Assembly: GCA_030295235.1 (NCBI GenBank)
Contig: AP026167.1
Span: 496,001 to 560,000 of the forward strand
Reading direction: 5' to 3'
Length of the DNA stretch: 64,000 bases
Source: Fistulifera solaris
Taxonomy: Eukaryota
Of the stretch, positions 1-10,647 are shown piece after piece; position 1 is the first letter of the stretch; each line of letters starts with the position of its first letter. A program made the translations under genes and the position numbers. A model generated the notes under the pieces. That model was given only the letters and a program-made list of their open reading frames with translations. It was not told the DNA's origin and did no database searches.

Positions 1-265
1 GGCCAAGCCACCAGCGGCTTCCTTCATTGGATTTGGGGGAGTGGCCCGTCGCGAGAAGGTGGTGCAATTGTCCGACTGGTTCGTCACCGACTTTGGTTTG
101 CTGACGAAAGTGGTACGAGCGGCCGCAAAGTAACAGGGAGAATCAGAAAAAGATCAAGTAATTTGGCAGTTTCTATCATATGACAATCGTCATATTCAAT
201 TATATCTATGCTTAGAAAACTGTAGCCGGCCAAGAAACAACTCACATTTGAGCTTTATCCATCGT

Positions 266-1945
266 TCAAGTGTTTTTTGTTTGAAAATAGGCTTCCCGGA
301 TGGTGGGATCCGTGGCGGCAAAGAGCAAGGCCGACATGCCGGTCATATCAGGAAGTTTCGACACCTTGAATAAAGGACTACGAAAGCGGATGCCCGTCTC
401 GGTGTCCACAAGACCCAGTGACAACGCTGATTCCACATAAAATTGACCCATGGGTGAAGCGCGAGCGCCTTTGGCAGCTTTCACGCGCGTGTTCTGTGGC
501 TTTTCACTGGAATACAGTTGCTCAAAGCGTGCCTTGACGTTGGTGGGAAGACTTTGACAGATAGTGAAGTGGTCAAACTTCATGTTGGAAACGGCGTGAT
601 AGATTCCTTTCATTGAGGGAGGGTAACAAACAGCTCTTTTCAAGCGTTGTTGGGCCGGTAACGCAGCGCAATGGATGCAGCGAATGCCCACTTGACCGAG
701 GATGATACGTTGACGGCGTCCTGGGGCTGGAGCATTGACATCGCTCGAGTCGGCTGCAAATACTTCGACTTGTTTGCGGATGAAGCAGTGGATTTCGTTC
801 AAGTGCTGTTCGTCGCGTGGAGAAGATAGCAAAATGACACCAGCCCCTGGGGAAGGTTGTGGAGATAGAAGAGAAACATGCGTGTTGACTTGAGACACAC
901 CTATCTTCTTGGGTGAAAGATAAGGTAACTTGACTTGCGTGATCCTACGTTTCTCTTCTTCCAAATTGAAGCGCGATTGGACAGTAGGAGAAAGTGCTTG
1001 AAGCATTCGAGGACGCTCATTCACAAGAAGAGGTTTCGGACTCATTTGATACTGCAACAACAATTTGGATACAGTAGAATCGCACAACGTAGGCGTGATA
1101 TGGCTGGTAGTCCTGGCTCGTTTTCTTGGAGGATCTGCTCTCGGTAGACTCTTCTGTAAGGCCAAGGTCAAAGCGGTAAGACTCTTTTCTTGATCTTTTT
1201 CTTTCGGAGTTGACACCTGATTTTTCATATAAACTCCTCCATCACGATCGATCATTCCCATCGATACCGCCGCATCATGATAATACTGGGCAGTCGAGGT
1301 AAACGATGACTTTCCAGCAGTCTTCTTTTTCTTCTTATCATGTTCTTTGTGAGACTTTTGACCTTCTCTCAGTTCACGGAGCTTGGCTCGCACGCTTTCT
1401 GGAAGACCCGCGCAGCGACTAAAGTGATCAAACTTCATATCACTGACTGCATGATAGACGCGCGCTACACTGGTCGGAAAGCAGACCGCCCGTTTCGCCC
1501 GTTGCGGTAAGTGGCGGCAATGAATGCAGCGCAAGCCGACTTGGTGCAAGCGGATTGGGTTCTTCCGTCCCGGAGCTCTCTGATCCATGTCGGCCTGTTC
1601 GACCATGAAGACTTCAATCTGCTGTCGAATGTATGAATGCAATGGTGGGAGAGCCGTCATGTCTTCACGCGGTTGTGCTAATAACCGGAAAGGTCGTTCG
1701 TCTCCTCCATCGGAAACGGTGCGCTTACGAGGATTTCTCTCTGAAGTGTTAGCCGAGTAATCGGGCACAGAAGGCTTTTGAAGAATTTCTGCACACAAAG
1801 ACTCGTCCGAAGATACGGTGGAGACCTCCGATTGATCCGAAACAGCGGGAGGGGAGTTTTTCTCGACACCATGGTTCTCAAAGAGGACTTGGCAGTTTTC
1901 CAAACGGATCGCTCGGGGCGTGAGCTGAGGATTCGAGTTCATCAT
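266..1945 (-). CDS. Diatom-type protein with two copies of a Cys/His domain (GxRCxHC...AVC[FY]P...DHFxxC); putative Zn-binding regulator
   Basis: 559-aa ORF; internal repeats 'QVGLRCIHC..RAVCFP..MKFDHFSRC' and 'QVGIRCIHC..RAVCYP..MKFDHFTIC'; basic NLS-like tracts (KKKKK, PRKRAR). Confidence 0.75.
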   Translation of the reverse strand: MMNSNPQLTPRAIRLENCQVLFENHGVEKNSPPAVSDQSEVSTVSSDESLCAEILQKPSVPDYSANTSERNPRKRTVSDGGDERPFRLLAQPREDMTALPPLHSYIRQQIEVFMVEQADMDQRAPGRKNPIRLHQVGLRCIHCRHLPQRAKRAVCFPTSVARVYHAVSDMKFDHFSRCAGLPESVRAKLRELREGQKSHKEHDKKKKKTAGKSSFTSTAQYYHDAAVSMGMIDRDGGVYMKNQVSTPKEKDQEKSLTALTLALQKSLPRADPPRKRARTTSHITPTLCDSTVSKLLLQYQMSPKPLLVNERPRMLQALSPTVQSRFNLEEEKRRITQVKLPYLSPKKIGVSQVNTHVSLLSPQPSPGAGVILLSSPRDEQHLNEIHCFIRKQVEVFAADSSDVNAPAPGRRQRIILGQVGIRCIHCAALPAQQRLKRAVCYPPSMKGIYHAVSNMKFDHFTICQSLPTNVKARFEQLYSSEKPQNTRVKAAKGARASPMGQFYVESALSLGLVDTETGIRFRSPLFKVSKLPDMTGMSALLFAATDPTIREAYFQTKNT

Positions 1946-2475
1946 CGTGGCTTGTTGTATTCTTCTGAAATGGCTTCAGCGAATGTTTTCGCACTTCGAA
2001 TTATGAGGAGTGTCGGTGAGTACGATGAATCATGCTTCGAACGTCTGTAAGATTCGTTCTCGGTGAGCCGCATCGTTCCGAGAGGTGAGTAAAGTGAATC
2101 TTTTGATCTGTAGATTTGATCCATCACTCGGAGGCTCAATGGAGGTGAGAGAGTTGAATCTTTTTGAATCTTCGTGCTCGAATAACTGAATCTTGGCTCA
2201 AAATTATTGTTCGATCGTTCAATTGAATAACGGATCTTTTGCTTTACTTACGCCAGTATAGATCCAAGTGTAAGCGACCTTTTCCAAGACTACATTTCAG
2301 TCATGAATCATCAAGAACGTCTTTAAGCCGAACTGCTATTTTGGAAATAATAATCGTCGTTCGCTGTGCGCTCGGCATTCAAGTACGTTTTCCGTTCATT
2401 TAATGGTGTTAGATGTCGAGCATCTCTTTGGAACGCTGTCTTTGCAAAAAACTCATTTTATGGCTTTCTCGCATG

Positions 2476-2622
2476 AACAGAAAATCTAAGTAATTTTGAG
2501 ACAGACGGAAATTCTGTGACTAGTGGTGTCTTCCAGTAAACAGAAAATCTGAAAAGATTTATAATCAGACGGAAATTCTGTCTCCATTCATCTAAACTTA
2601 AATAGAGACGGAAATTCTGTCT
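2476..2622. repeat. Cluster of five RACRGAAAWTCT motifs in a divergent intergenic region
   Basis: AGACGGAAATTCTGT at 2503, 2567, 2606; AACAGAAAATCT at 2476, 2539. Confidence 0.8.
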
Positions 2623-2723
2623 GACGTTGCCTCGTTTGAATTTTTTTGCGCACCAACAAACAAAAATGCATTGCATTTTGTTGGCTACATTCACTTGTTT
2701 GCGGTATAATAAGCTACTCTAGA

Positions 2724-3513
2724 ATGCAACTACATTCTCTCCACAACTTCCTGGTTGTCTTTTTTAATCTCCTTGTGCTCGTTACCGGTCAATGGGTGGT
2801 CGATACCGCGCAATAAACAACAACCTGCCGTCACTTGTCTGAATTTATTTTCCAACCTTGGAGATCTCTTTACCGGCGGCAGGTTGGTACCTCAATCCAA
2901 ATTGGCATACGGCGATCCGTTAATCGAACGTTCGGAAGAGCAACGAACCTTTGCCGTGCAAGAAAAATTGTTCAGTTGGACCGGCGAAGACTTTGATGTC
3001 TACGATGAAGCCGCCGACAACAGTCCGTATGTCCGAGTTCGTGGGGCACTGCTGCACTTACCCGGTAAAGACAAAATGCGCATCGTGCAAGGGGATGAAA
3101 TTGTGGCGACACTCGATCGCAAACTTATCGCGTTGAAACCAACCTACGATATTTATCGCGGTGATTGTCAAGAAAAGATTGGATGGATCGAAAAAGCTTT
3201 GGTGAGTTTCACCGATACGTTTGATTTCTATGCCGAATGCGAAAAGGGTGGTGTGGGTCCCTTTGCGGCATCTCCTGCCTACAAATTGGAAGGTGACTTT
3301 CTGCAACGGAACTTTGTCATGAAAAATGCCCAAGGCGAAACCGTGGCCAAAGTTATTGAGGATCGACTCATTGAATTTGATCGATTCGATCATTATCAGT
3401 TGCAAGTGGCGGCAGGGATGGATCCTGTGCTCGTGATTGCTTGTGCTTGTGCAATCGATGAAGAATTAGAAGAAGAACATGAAAAGAAACGGAAAGAACG
3501 CAAAAGCCAATGA
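2724..3513 (+). CDS. LURP-one/Tubby-C-like (scramblase-like) protein, probably plastid-targeted
   Basis: 'FAVQEKLFSWTGEDFDV', 'LEGDFLQRNF', 'QVAAGMDPVLVIACACAIDE'. ATG at 2724 joins the 2755 ORF if the T6 run at 2760-2765 is T5, giving a signal peptide ending VNG-W. Confidence 0.7.
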
Positions 3514-3570
3514 TGAATAACGTTGTGCGTTAGCAGTCTCGTGATATATCAACGATTTACCGTTCAAAAT

Positions 3571-4697
3571 CTATACCCAAAAATGAGCGGGGACGCCTTT
3601 TGACGTAGCTTGTAAAGAGTTCTAAACTGTCCTTGACAGTTCCTTGAATTTGGCTTCCCCATTGTCGTTCTAATTCTTTCAAACCAACATGATGTTCGAA
3701 GTAGAATTGATCAATCAAACCCGACAATTCGTCGTCCTCCAGTAGTTGCTGCACCAAAGCCATCTCCAAATGAGGCGTGTCAATATCCAGCTTGACAATG
3801 ATTAAATCATCCTCGTTAAAGTTCTGTTTGATAGTTGTAAATGGATTCAATACGTTGCCTGGTTCGACCGAGACACCCACATTGATCCAATGATAGGCCG
3901 ACATGAAATGCGGTGGAAGATTCTTGTACACTTCCGCCGGTTCCGTCGGTTTCAACTCGAAGGCATAAATATGATCAAAGGGAAATCCAAATCGCCGAAA
4001 CAGATCCATCAGATACAGAGCAGGACTCTCCCCATAAAATTGCAAAGATGCTCCCATATCTACCAACACAATGCGTGACGTTCGCTGCAAATTCCGACAC
4101 ATGGTCCCAAAGTCGTGTACCAAATAATTAAGATTCAACAAATTGCCGCGTCGTGTTTCACAAAATATTGGATGCCGCATCGGCGGCAACAAGGGTTCGA
4201 CATAACCCGCCGTGGACGTCCACGACAATTGTTGACTGGTGGGAAAGATGCCCGCCAACAATCCCTGTGGATGCAAATCGACCGATTGACAGACATCGTT
4301 GTTCGCACGCAATCGTAAATCGGGAATCGTGGCTTGAAAGGCTTTGACGCGTGCGGCATACTCGTCCAAATCACGACGATATTGCATCAATTGTGAATGA
4401 ATGGTCGATGCTGACGGATCGTTCCAAATGCGACAACCTTGTTGTTTTTGTTGTGCTTCATCGTAACCCAATTGTTGCGCATTCTGTAGAACGTACGATT
4501 CGACGGGAGCGGGAGTATACGACGGCGGTGAACTCCGGGATAAGGACAGGAACTCGAACGTAGTCGGTAGTTGTTCACAACCGAGGGGGTACATGAAAAA
4601 TAATAATGAATCGAGCAGAGAGTAACGACGAGGCACAGCAACACCCACGGTGTTGTGGGGATATTCTCTTGTTTTTGAAGTTGAGTGATCGTCTCAT
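3571..4697 (-). CDS. FkbM-like SAM-dependent methyltransferase family protein, probable N-terminal membrane anchor
   Basis: 'VLVDMGAS', 'IYAFE', 'IVKLDIDT..E', 'FYFEHHV'. Both ends need frameshift correction (C-terminus restores to LRQKGVPAHFWV*); 5' start uncertain. Confidence 0.6.
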
Positions 4698-5218
4698 GGT
4701 GAATTTCGAAAATGAGACGAATGGTAACACTTTTCTATTCCTTGATGATTTCAATGATGAGAGGATTATTAGGTATTTTATGCCGTTTTGCTGACTTTAT
4801 TGTACGTGTTGCGTTCACCAATGACATCGTGCGACGTGACGTCGGAACGATCGGAGTTGACGACGACCTCCTCATCGCGTGGATCGATTAGGGCTATAGT
4901 TAGTTGGGAGAGCTGATCGGTCAAAACACGCACCGGTTCTCTTACTACGCTTCCAAAAGTAGACTTGGGGATGACGCGCGCCATCCAAGTACTCTCCTGC
5001 ATGGAAGGTATCTTTGGGACGTTCGAAAAATCTTCGCCTTTTTGGGTTCGTTTTCGCGGGGAGAGGGATGGGTGTCAACTCCAACGAGGACGAGAAGAAA
5101 AAAAAAACACAAATTTAGGTTGTGTGTCGACCGATCGTCGACGCTTTCATTTCCGCAAAAAGACGCAAAATACTCTCGAACGTCTTTCATTACAAGTTAA
5201 CGAGCTAATTGTGTTACG

Positions 5219-6588
5219 ATGCTTTCGACATTACGTACAACAACAACAACATCATCATCGACGACTAAAATCACTCGCATCATCGCGACGCGCTGCTTCT
5301 CGTCGACCACCACCGACCCTGTCGTTGTCGTCGGAGGCGTCCGATTGCCCTTTGCGACAACGTCCAGCATTTACCACGACCAAATGGCGGTTGATTTGCA
5401 ACGTCTCGCCATTCATGGACTTTTGACACAAACTGCTCTCGATAAGAGTCTCGTCGATTACATTGTGTGCGGCAATGTCATTCAAGAAGTTCGTACGAGT
5501 AACATTGCGCGGGAAGCCGCCATTCAAGCCGGTTTGCCGCACTCCATTGGGGCTCACACCATCGCACAGGCGTGTATTTCCGCAAATGCGGCCATTTGTA
5601 CTGCGGCAGAAAAGATTTTGACGGGACACGCTTCTGTAGTCATTGCCGGGGGTTGTGAAACCTTTTCCGATGTGCCCATTCGTTTGAAACGACCGATTCG
5701 TCAAAACTCATCACCATGCCCAAGGCCATGAAGAAAGGAGGTCCATTGGGAGCTGTTCGTCATTTGCTCAAGGGATTGAAATCGAACGATTTGGGCTTGG
5801 AAACACCCGCCATTGCCAATTACACGACCGGTGAAGTCATGGGCGTGAGTTCCGATCGTCTCAGTGCCAAATTTGGTGTTTCGCGTCGCGAACAGGATGA
5901 ATTCACCGTGCGCTCGCATACATTGGCCGCCAAGGCGCATCAAGATGGTTTCTATCGAGAGGAAATCATTCCTTACAAGGGCAGTACGGCGGAAAATGGG
6001 ATCAAGGGTGATTCGACCTTGGAATCGGTGTCCAAGCTCAAACCGGCATTCGTGAAACCCAATGGAACGCACACGGCAGCGAATAGCAGTTTCTTGACCG
6101 ACGGTGCGGCTGCATCGCTGCTCATGAGTGAGAGCAAGGCCAAAGAACTGGGATTCAAGCCTTGGGCCTATCTGCGTGATTGGTCGTTTAAAGCGTGCGA
6201 TCCCTTTGAGGAATTGCTACTGGGACCGACTTATTGCTCGCAGCAAGTACTGACTCGGATGGGATTGAATATGGAAGAAGATATTGGTGTGTATGAAATT
6301 CACGAAGCTTTTGCCGGTCAGATTCTGTCCAATTTGACCGCCATGTCCTCGCAGAAATTCGCTGATGACAATTTCAACGGCAAGATGGTCGGTAAAGTGG
6401 ATATGGACAAGATGAACACCAAGGGCGGTTCGCTGGCGGTAGGACATCCTTTTGGAGCCACCGGATCTCGTCTTTTGACGACAGCCTCACGTCGCTTGCA
6501 ACAAGAGAATCAGCGCTTTGCCTTGATTGCTGCCTGTGCTGACGGTGGATTAGGTCATGCTTGCATCTTGGAACGTTATGATAACTAA
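5219..6588 (+). CDS. HADHB: 3-ketoacyl-CoA thiolase, mitochondrial trifunctional enzyme beta-subunit type
   Basis: NIAREAA, QACISA (catalytic Cys), HEAF, GHPFGATG and CADGG motifs. Two ORFs join if the A4 at 5703-5706 is A5. Thr/Ser/Arg-rich presequence. Confidence 0.9.
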
Positions 6589-6678
6589 AACATGACTTAA
6601 CAACAAAGAGTACAAGGAACGTCTAGCGAATGCTTTTGTATTTATTTCTAGTACAGCGTACAATGTGAAAAACAGAAT

Positions 6679-8049
6679 TTAAAAGTAAGTGGTGGCAGAT
6701 ACATTCTTTGAGGCTTGTCGAAGGCTCGTCAATGTGTCAGGTATGTGGTGGAGATGATCCGACATTTGCTGCACGACTTGTTCCACCACGCTCTGTACTT
6801 GTTCGGGGGTAAGATCCGTAAGTTTTCGCAGCACTTTCTCGGCATCCTGTTGGAATTGGTCGACTGGAACATGACCCACATTATGATGATCCAGAGCAAA
6901 TAATATAGGAAAGATTTGCAGGACGCCGAACGGCTGCAATACATTCTTGAGCATGCTGGCGGACACACAATCCGCAGGAACTTCGCAGCGTGTCAATTTG
7001 GCATACTCACGCCACGGACAAAGTGATGTTCCGGAAAAGAGATGCGAGTCCATGATATTATTGTCGTCTTCGGAATCCGTCGAGCTGTCTGTGACGCTGC
7101 TGACACCCGGCACGGGAGGAGATTGTGGAATAGTATTCCCGGCATCATTGGAATGATGATGATAATTATTATTATGCAACTTTTCGATGTGATTCTTTTG
7201 TACGTTCTGCAACAATTCATCCATATCACTGCCCGGTTCTTCTTCTTTCACATGCCCAATAATTTTGGCGGGCGCACCGACCGCTGTGGCGCCTTCGGGA
7301 ATCTCCCGCAAGACGACGGAACCGGCACCTATTTTCGAGCGATCCCCGATGCGAATATTCCCCAATAAACTCGCGTTGGCTCCAATTAAGACATGTTCTC
7401 CTACTTTGGGATGCCGATCCCCCGTTTCTTTACCGGTACCGCCCAACGTCACTCCATGTAAAATGGTGCAACCATCGCCCACCTGCGCGGTTTCTCCCAC
7501 GACGATTCCGGTCCCATGATCAAACAGCAAGGCAGCTCCGAGTTGCGCGGCTGGATGTATATCCAGTCCAAAGACGGCACTGACTTGGGATTGCAAAAAG
7601 AGGGCCGTGTACGTGCTGTGGGCATACCACATCCGGAAGGCGACCCGATGACACACGGTGGCGGCGAATCCTTTACTGAACAGAATGACTTGTAAGGGAT
7701 GATTCATGGCGGGATCGCGCCGTACGACGGCACGTAAATCGTGATAGACTGCCGCGTGCATGGTATGACCGAGTTCGAGGACGTCCGACGTGAAGGCCTC
7801 GCGAAAGACTTGTCGCAAATTCATGGGACAGAACAGACACGGTTCACTCGAAGAAGTTGGGAGCAATCGATGACAGACGGTTTGTACGACCATATCCATC
7901 CAGGTTTCGACAGATGGGTGCAACGCTGTACTTTTCAAAAAGAAACAAAGCGCCGGCTCCTTTGCCAAAATGGTCCGTGCCTCGGAGAGCAACTCTTCTG
8001 TAAAAGCCCCGTCATCGATCGCGGCAGAGAATTCCGATATTCCCGGCAT
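6679..8049 (-). CDS. cysE: Serine O-acetyltransferase with C-terminal extension
   Basis: 'RRDPA', 'DIHPAA', 'DHGTGIVVGETA', 'VTLGGTGKETGDRHPKVG' hexapeptide region. Confidence 0.92.
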   Translation of the reverse strand: MPGISEFSAAIDDGAFTEELLSEARTILAKEPALCFFLKSTALHPSVETWMDMVVQTVCHRLLPTSSSEPCLFCPMNLRQVFREAFTSDVLELGHTMHAAVYHDLRAVVRRDPAMNHPLQVILFSKGFAATVCHRVAFRMWYAHSTYTALFLQSQVSAVFGLDIHPAAQLGAALLFDHGTGIVVGETAQVGDGCTILHGVTLGGTGKETGDRHPKVGEHVLIGANASLLGNIRIGDRSKIGAGSVVLREIPEGATAVGAPAKIIGHVKEEEPGSDMDELLQNVQKNHIEKLHNNNYHHHSNDAGNTIPQSPPVPGVSSVTDSSTDSEDDNNIMDSHLFSGTSLCPWREYAKLTRCEVPADCVSASMLKNVLQPFGVLQIFPILFALDHHNVGHVPVDQFQQDAEKVLRKLTDLTPEQVQSVVEQVVQQMSDHLHHIPDTLTSLRQASKNVSATTYF

Positions 8050-8456
8050 TCAGAGCTTATTGATTGAAGGAACAGTTTGTAATTGTAATTGTAATTATAA
8101 TTGTAATGGCTTCTTGAATATTGACTGACTGAAAGAGAGAAACAAGAATTGTAATTGTTTTGTTTCTTGTATGTTCTGTGTTCTGTAGTTTTGTATGAAG
8201 CAACCCCCAACCGTCCTTGCCAACCCCCACTTCGTTTCTGTTCCGAGAGGGTCCGCGCGCTCGCGAAAAGTGCATGCTATCTTTCAACGTGTACTGGTAA
8301 ACGATCAATGATCAACATTTTTCAGTCCCGAATCGCCAATCGAAACTACGTTCTTGCCATTGCTTTTAGAGACCTATAAATTGTAGGGCAATACACCTTT
8401 TCTTGCTGACATGAACATTTTATTTTTTTTCTTTAAAAAAAATCGGCTGACGACTT

Positions 8457-10007
8457 TTAGGTTTGCATACGTTTCCGAATTTCTTGTTCCATTCGTACCT
8501 CACAGAATTGCAACGCCTGTTTGATTTGCTGATTTTTAGGTTCCATTTTGTGCGCACTGGCCAAGATAGGTAAAGCTTCTTCATAGCGTTTCATTGCATG
8601 CAGGGCCAATCCTAAACGAAATTGGGCCTTGATGTAGTCCGGGTTGATATGTAATGAGGCACGGGCATCCGCTTCGGCCTTCTCGTGCTGTCCCAATTTG
8701 AGAAAGCATGCCGATCGATTGCCATAAATCACATCCAAGGGGAATAATTTATCGTCTCCCAATTGAGTTGACTTGTCCAACGCTAAACTGTACTGCAAAA
8801 TGGCTTGTCCATATTCGCCCGCTGCAAAGGCTTCGTTGCCGCGTGCTTTGAATTGCACACATTCTTCCAAGGCGAACTTGATCGAGTCCGTCAAGACTTC
8901 TTCCACCACATCGTCATCTTCTTCTTTTTCTTCTCCTTCTTCGGCTGCCGGGGTTTCACGTTTCGTCACCAGTTCATTGCCGTCCTTATCCTTGACTTTG
9001 ATCATGTCCTCCGCCATGGCCGTTGCCATTTTCGTGGCTTGCGCCCGTCTTTCCTTTTCCTTTTGCAAGTCGCGCTCGGTCAGTGCTACTGTGTCCGCCT
9101 TGATAACTTTTTCTGTTACCCAGGCCCCATCCACCAACTGTGTGACAAAACGGAATTCTTCCTTGGTCGCCGCTCCGACCGCTTCGGCACCATCTTGTTC
9201 GTAATCGGCCGTCACGGACGTTTCCACAATACCATCCCGCTCCAATTGCACCGACATTTGACTGACACCCGCATGAAAGAGTTTGGGATTCGTACCTGGA
9301 TCGCGAAATTGAATGGTCACATTCTCACTGAGATCAGCTTGAATGGTCGTCACGACGGCCGTCGGGTCACAGATAATGTGCATATTGCGGCAGCGGTGAA
9401 ACTCGACCGTCCCGGTAATGAATTTACATTTGATCATGACGGTACAGTTTTCGATATTCTCCAACACGAGTTTGATGAGACCGTGCACATGAGTGGGTTT
9501 GTCGTTCTCGGTCGTCGGTACGCTGTTTTCGGCGTCGTCGGGGTACGATTTGGGATTGCGGAGTGCCGACGCGGGGACTTGTGATTCCAGCAAACTCAAA
9601 TCTTGCGTCAGCACAAGTTTACTATCACTCGGCGATGTTCCTGTCACGTCCCGTATCATGACGACACGTTTGAAGGCGTCCATATGATCACGCGTCAATC
9701 GAAAGACCTGGACGCCGTCGTTGAGGACATTTTCGAACGTCTGTACGAAAGATTCTTGTCGATTCTTGAATTTATCGAGCTTCGCCTTTGTTTTCTTTAA
9801 CAGTTTGGCTTTCTCCCGTTCTTCCGCTTCCGCTTGACTGCGTGCGTACTTGCCATCGAGACCCAAGGCCGCCTTGGTGGCCTCTTCTTCCTCTTGTTCC
9901 GTTTGTTCCGTCTCGCTCACTAAATCGCGCGTTACTTTGTCCCATTTATCGTAGTTGGTGCGTCCAGCCACTCCTGGAGTCACTTGACTTTGAGTTGTAG
10001 TTGCCAT
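8457..10007 (-). CDS. C-CAP/cofactor-C-like beta-helix domain plus C-terminal TPR domain; putative co-chaperone
   Basis: Likely start MATTTQ at 10007; 'NYDKWD'; beta-helix-like 'LENIENCTV..VEFHRCRNM..TIQADLSENVTI'; three TPRs 'KARGNEAF..YGNRSACFLKLG..KAQFRLG'. Confidence 0.75.
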   Translation of the reverse strand: MATTTQSQVTPGVAGRTNYDKWDKVTRDLVSETEQTEQEEEEATKAALGLDGKYARSQAEAEEREKAKLLKKTKAKLDKFKNRQESFVQTFENVLNDGVQVFRLTRDHMDAFKRVVMIRDVTGTSPSDSKLVLTQDLSLLESQVPASALRNPKSYPDDAENSVPTTENDKPTHVHGLIKLVLENIENCTVMIKCKFITGTVEFHRCRNMHIICDPTAVVTTIQADLSENVTIQFRDPGTNPKLFHAGVSQMSVQLERDGIVETSVTADYEQDGAEAVGAATKEEFRFVTQLVDGAWVTEKVIKADTVALTERDLQKEKERRAQATKMATAMAEDMIKVKDKDGNELVTKRETPAAEEGEEKEEDDDVVEEVLTDSIKFALEECVQFKARGNEAFAAGEYGQAILQYSLALDKSTQLGDDKLFPLDVIYGNRSACFLKLGQHEKAEADARASLHINPDYIKAQFRLGLALHAMKRYEEALPILASAHKMEPKNQQIKQALQFCEVRMEQEIRKRMQT

Positions 10008-10647
10008 GGTGCTAATGGTGGACAATAGAAAGGAGATCAATGGAAATGACGATATATAGGTGAGAGGAGATGTGTGTTGCGATGAATGTGCCCGATGATG
10101 AAGAAAATGTCTCTTTTTTTGGCGCGCACTGTCGCATAGCCGCTTTGGGCAAGCGTACGACCGAAATTTCGGATTGTACACTTTTACTTTATACGTCCTC
10201 CGCGGGCGGACACGACCGCCGAAATGACCCGTCGATCCGTCCATCCGTATCCATGGAAAGACATTTGTGACGGACAGACGGTCCGTGCGCCACACGGACT
10301 CACTCGACACTCTGCCCTCATCTCACTCTCCTCTCTCTACAAACGGGTACTATAATGCGAATAATCGTTTGCCCGAACCGTTTTTAACGGTTAAAACTAA
10401 CCCTATAAAGATATTGAATTTCCCCGCCAATTCACTACGGAGTATCGCATAGGATGCAATGCGCTTTTCCGGGTTGATGAATGAGAGCGATGAAAGCATG
10501 AGAAGCCTCATCGACTCAGATACTGGCACTGTAGATTGCTTGACTCGGATTTCCATTGTCATTCTTATTGCCTCGTGTCTCTAGTAGAAGAACTGTGTAT
10601 ATAACTTGTAGAAGAAATACAATCCTTGCTTGGAAACGTTACAAGAA

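Noticed and set aside
2476..2622. CRISPR-like array (short repeats with unique spacers)
   Set aside because: Repeats are only 12-17 nt, alternate between two variants and are irregularly spaced; no cas genes; eukaryotic context.
8079..8107. (TAATTG)n microsatellite encoding YNYNYN
   Set aside because: Short simple repeat upstream of the SAT start; no ATG-led frame supports it as coding.
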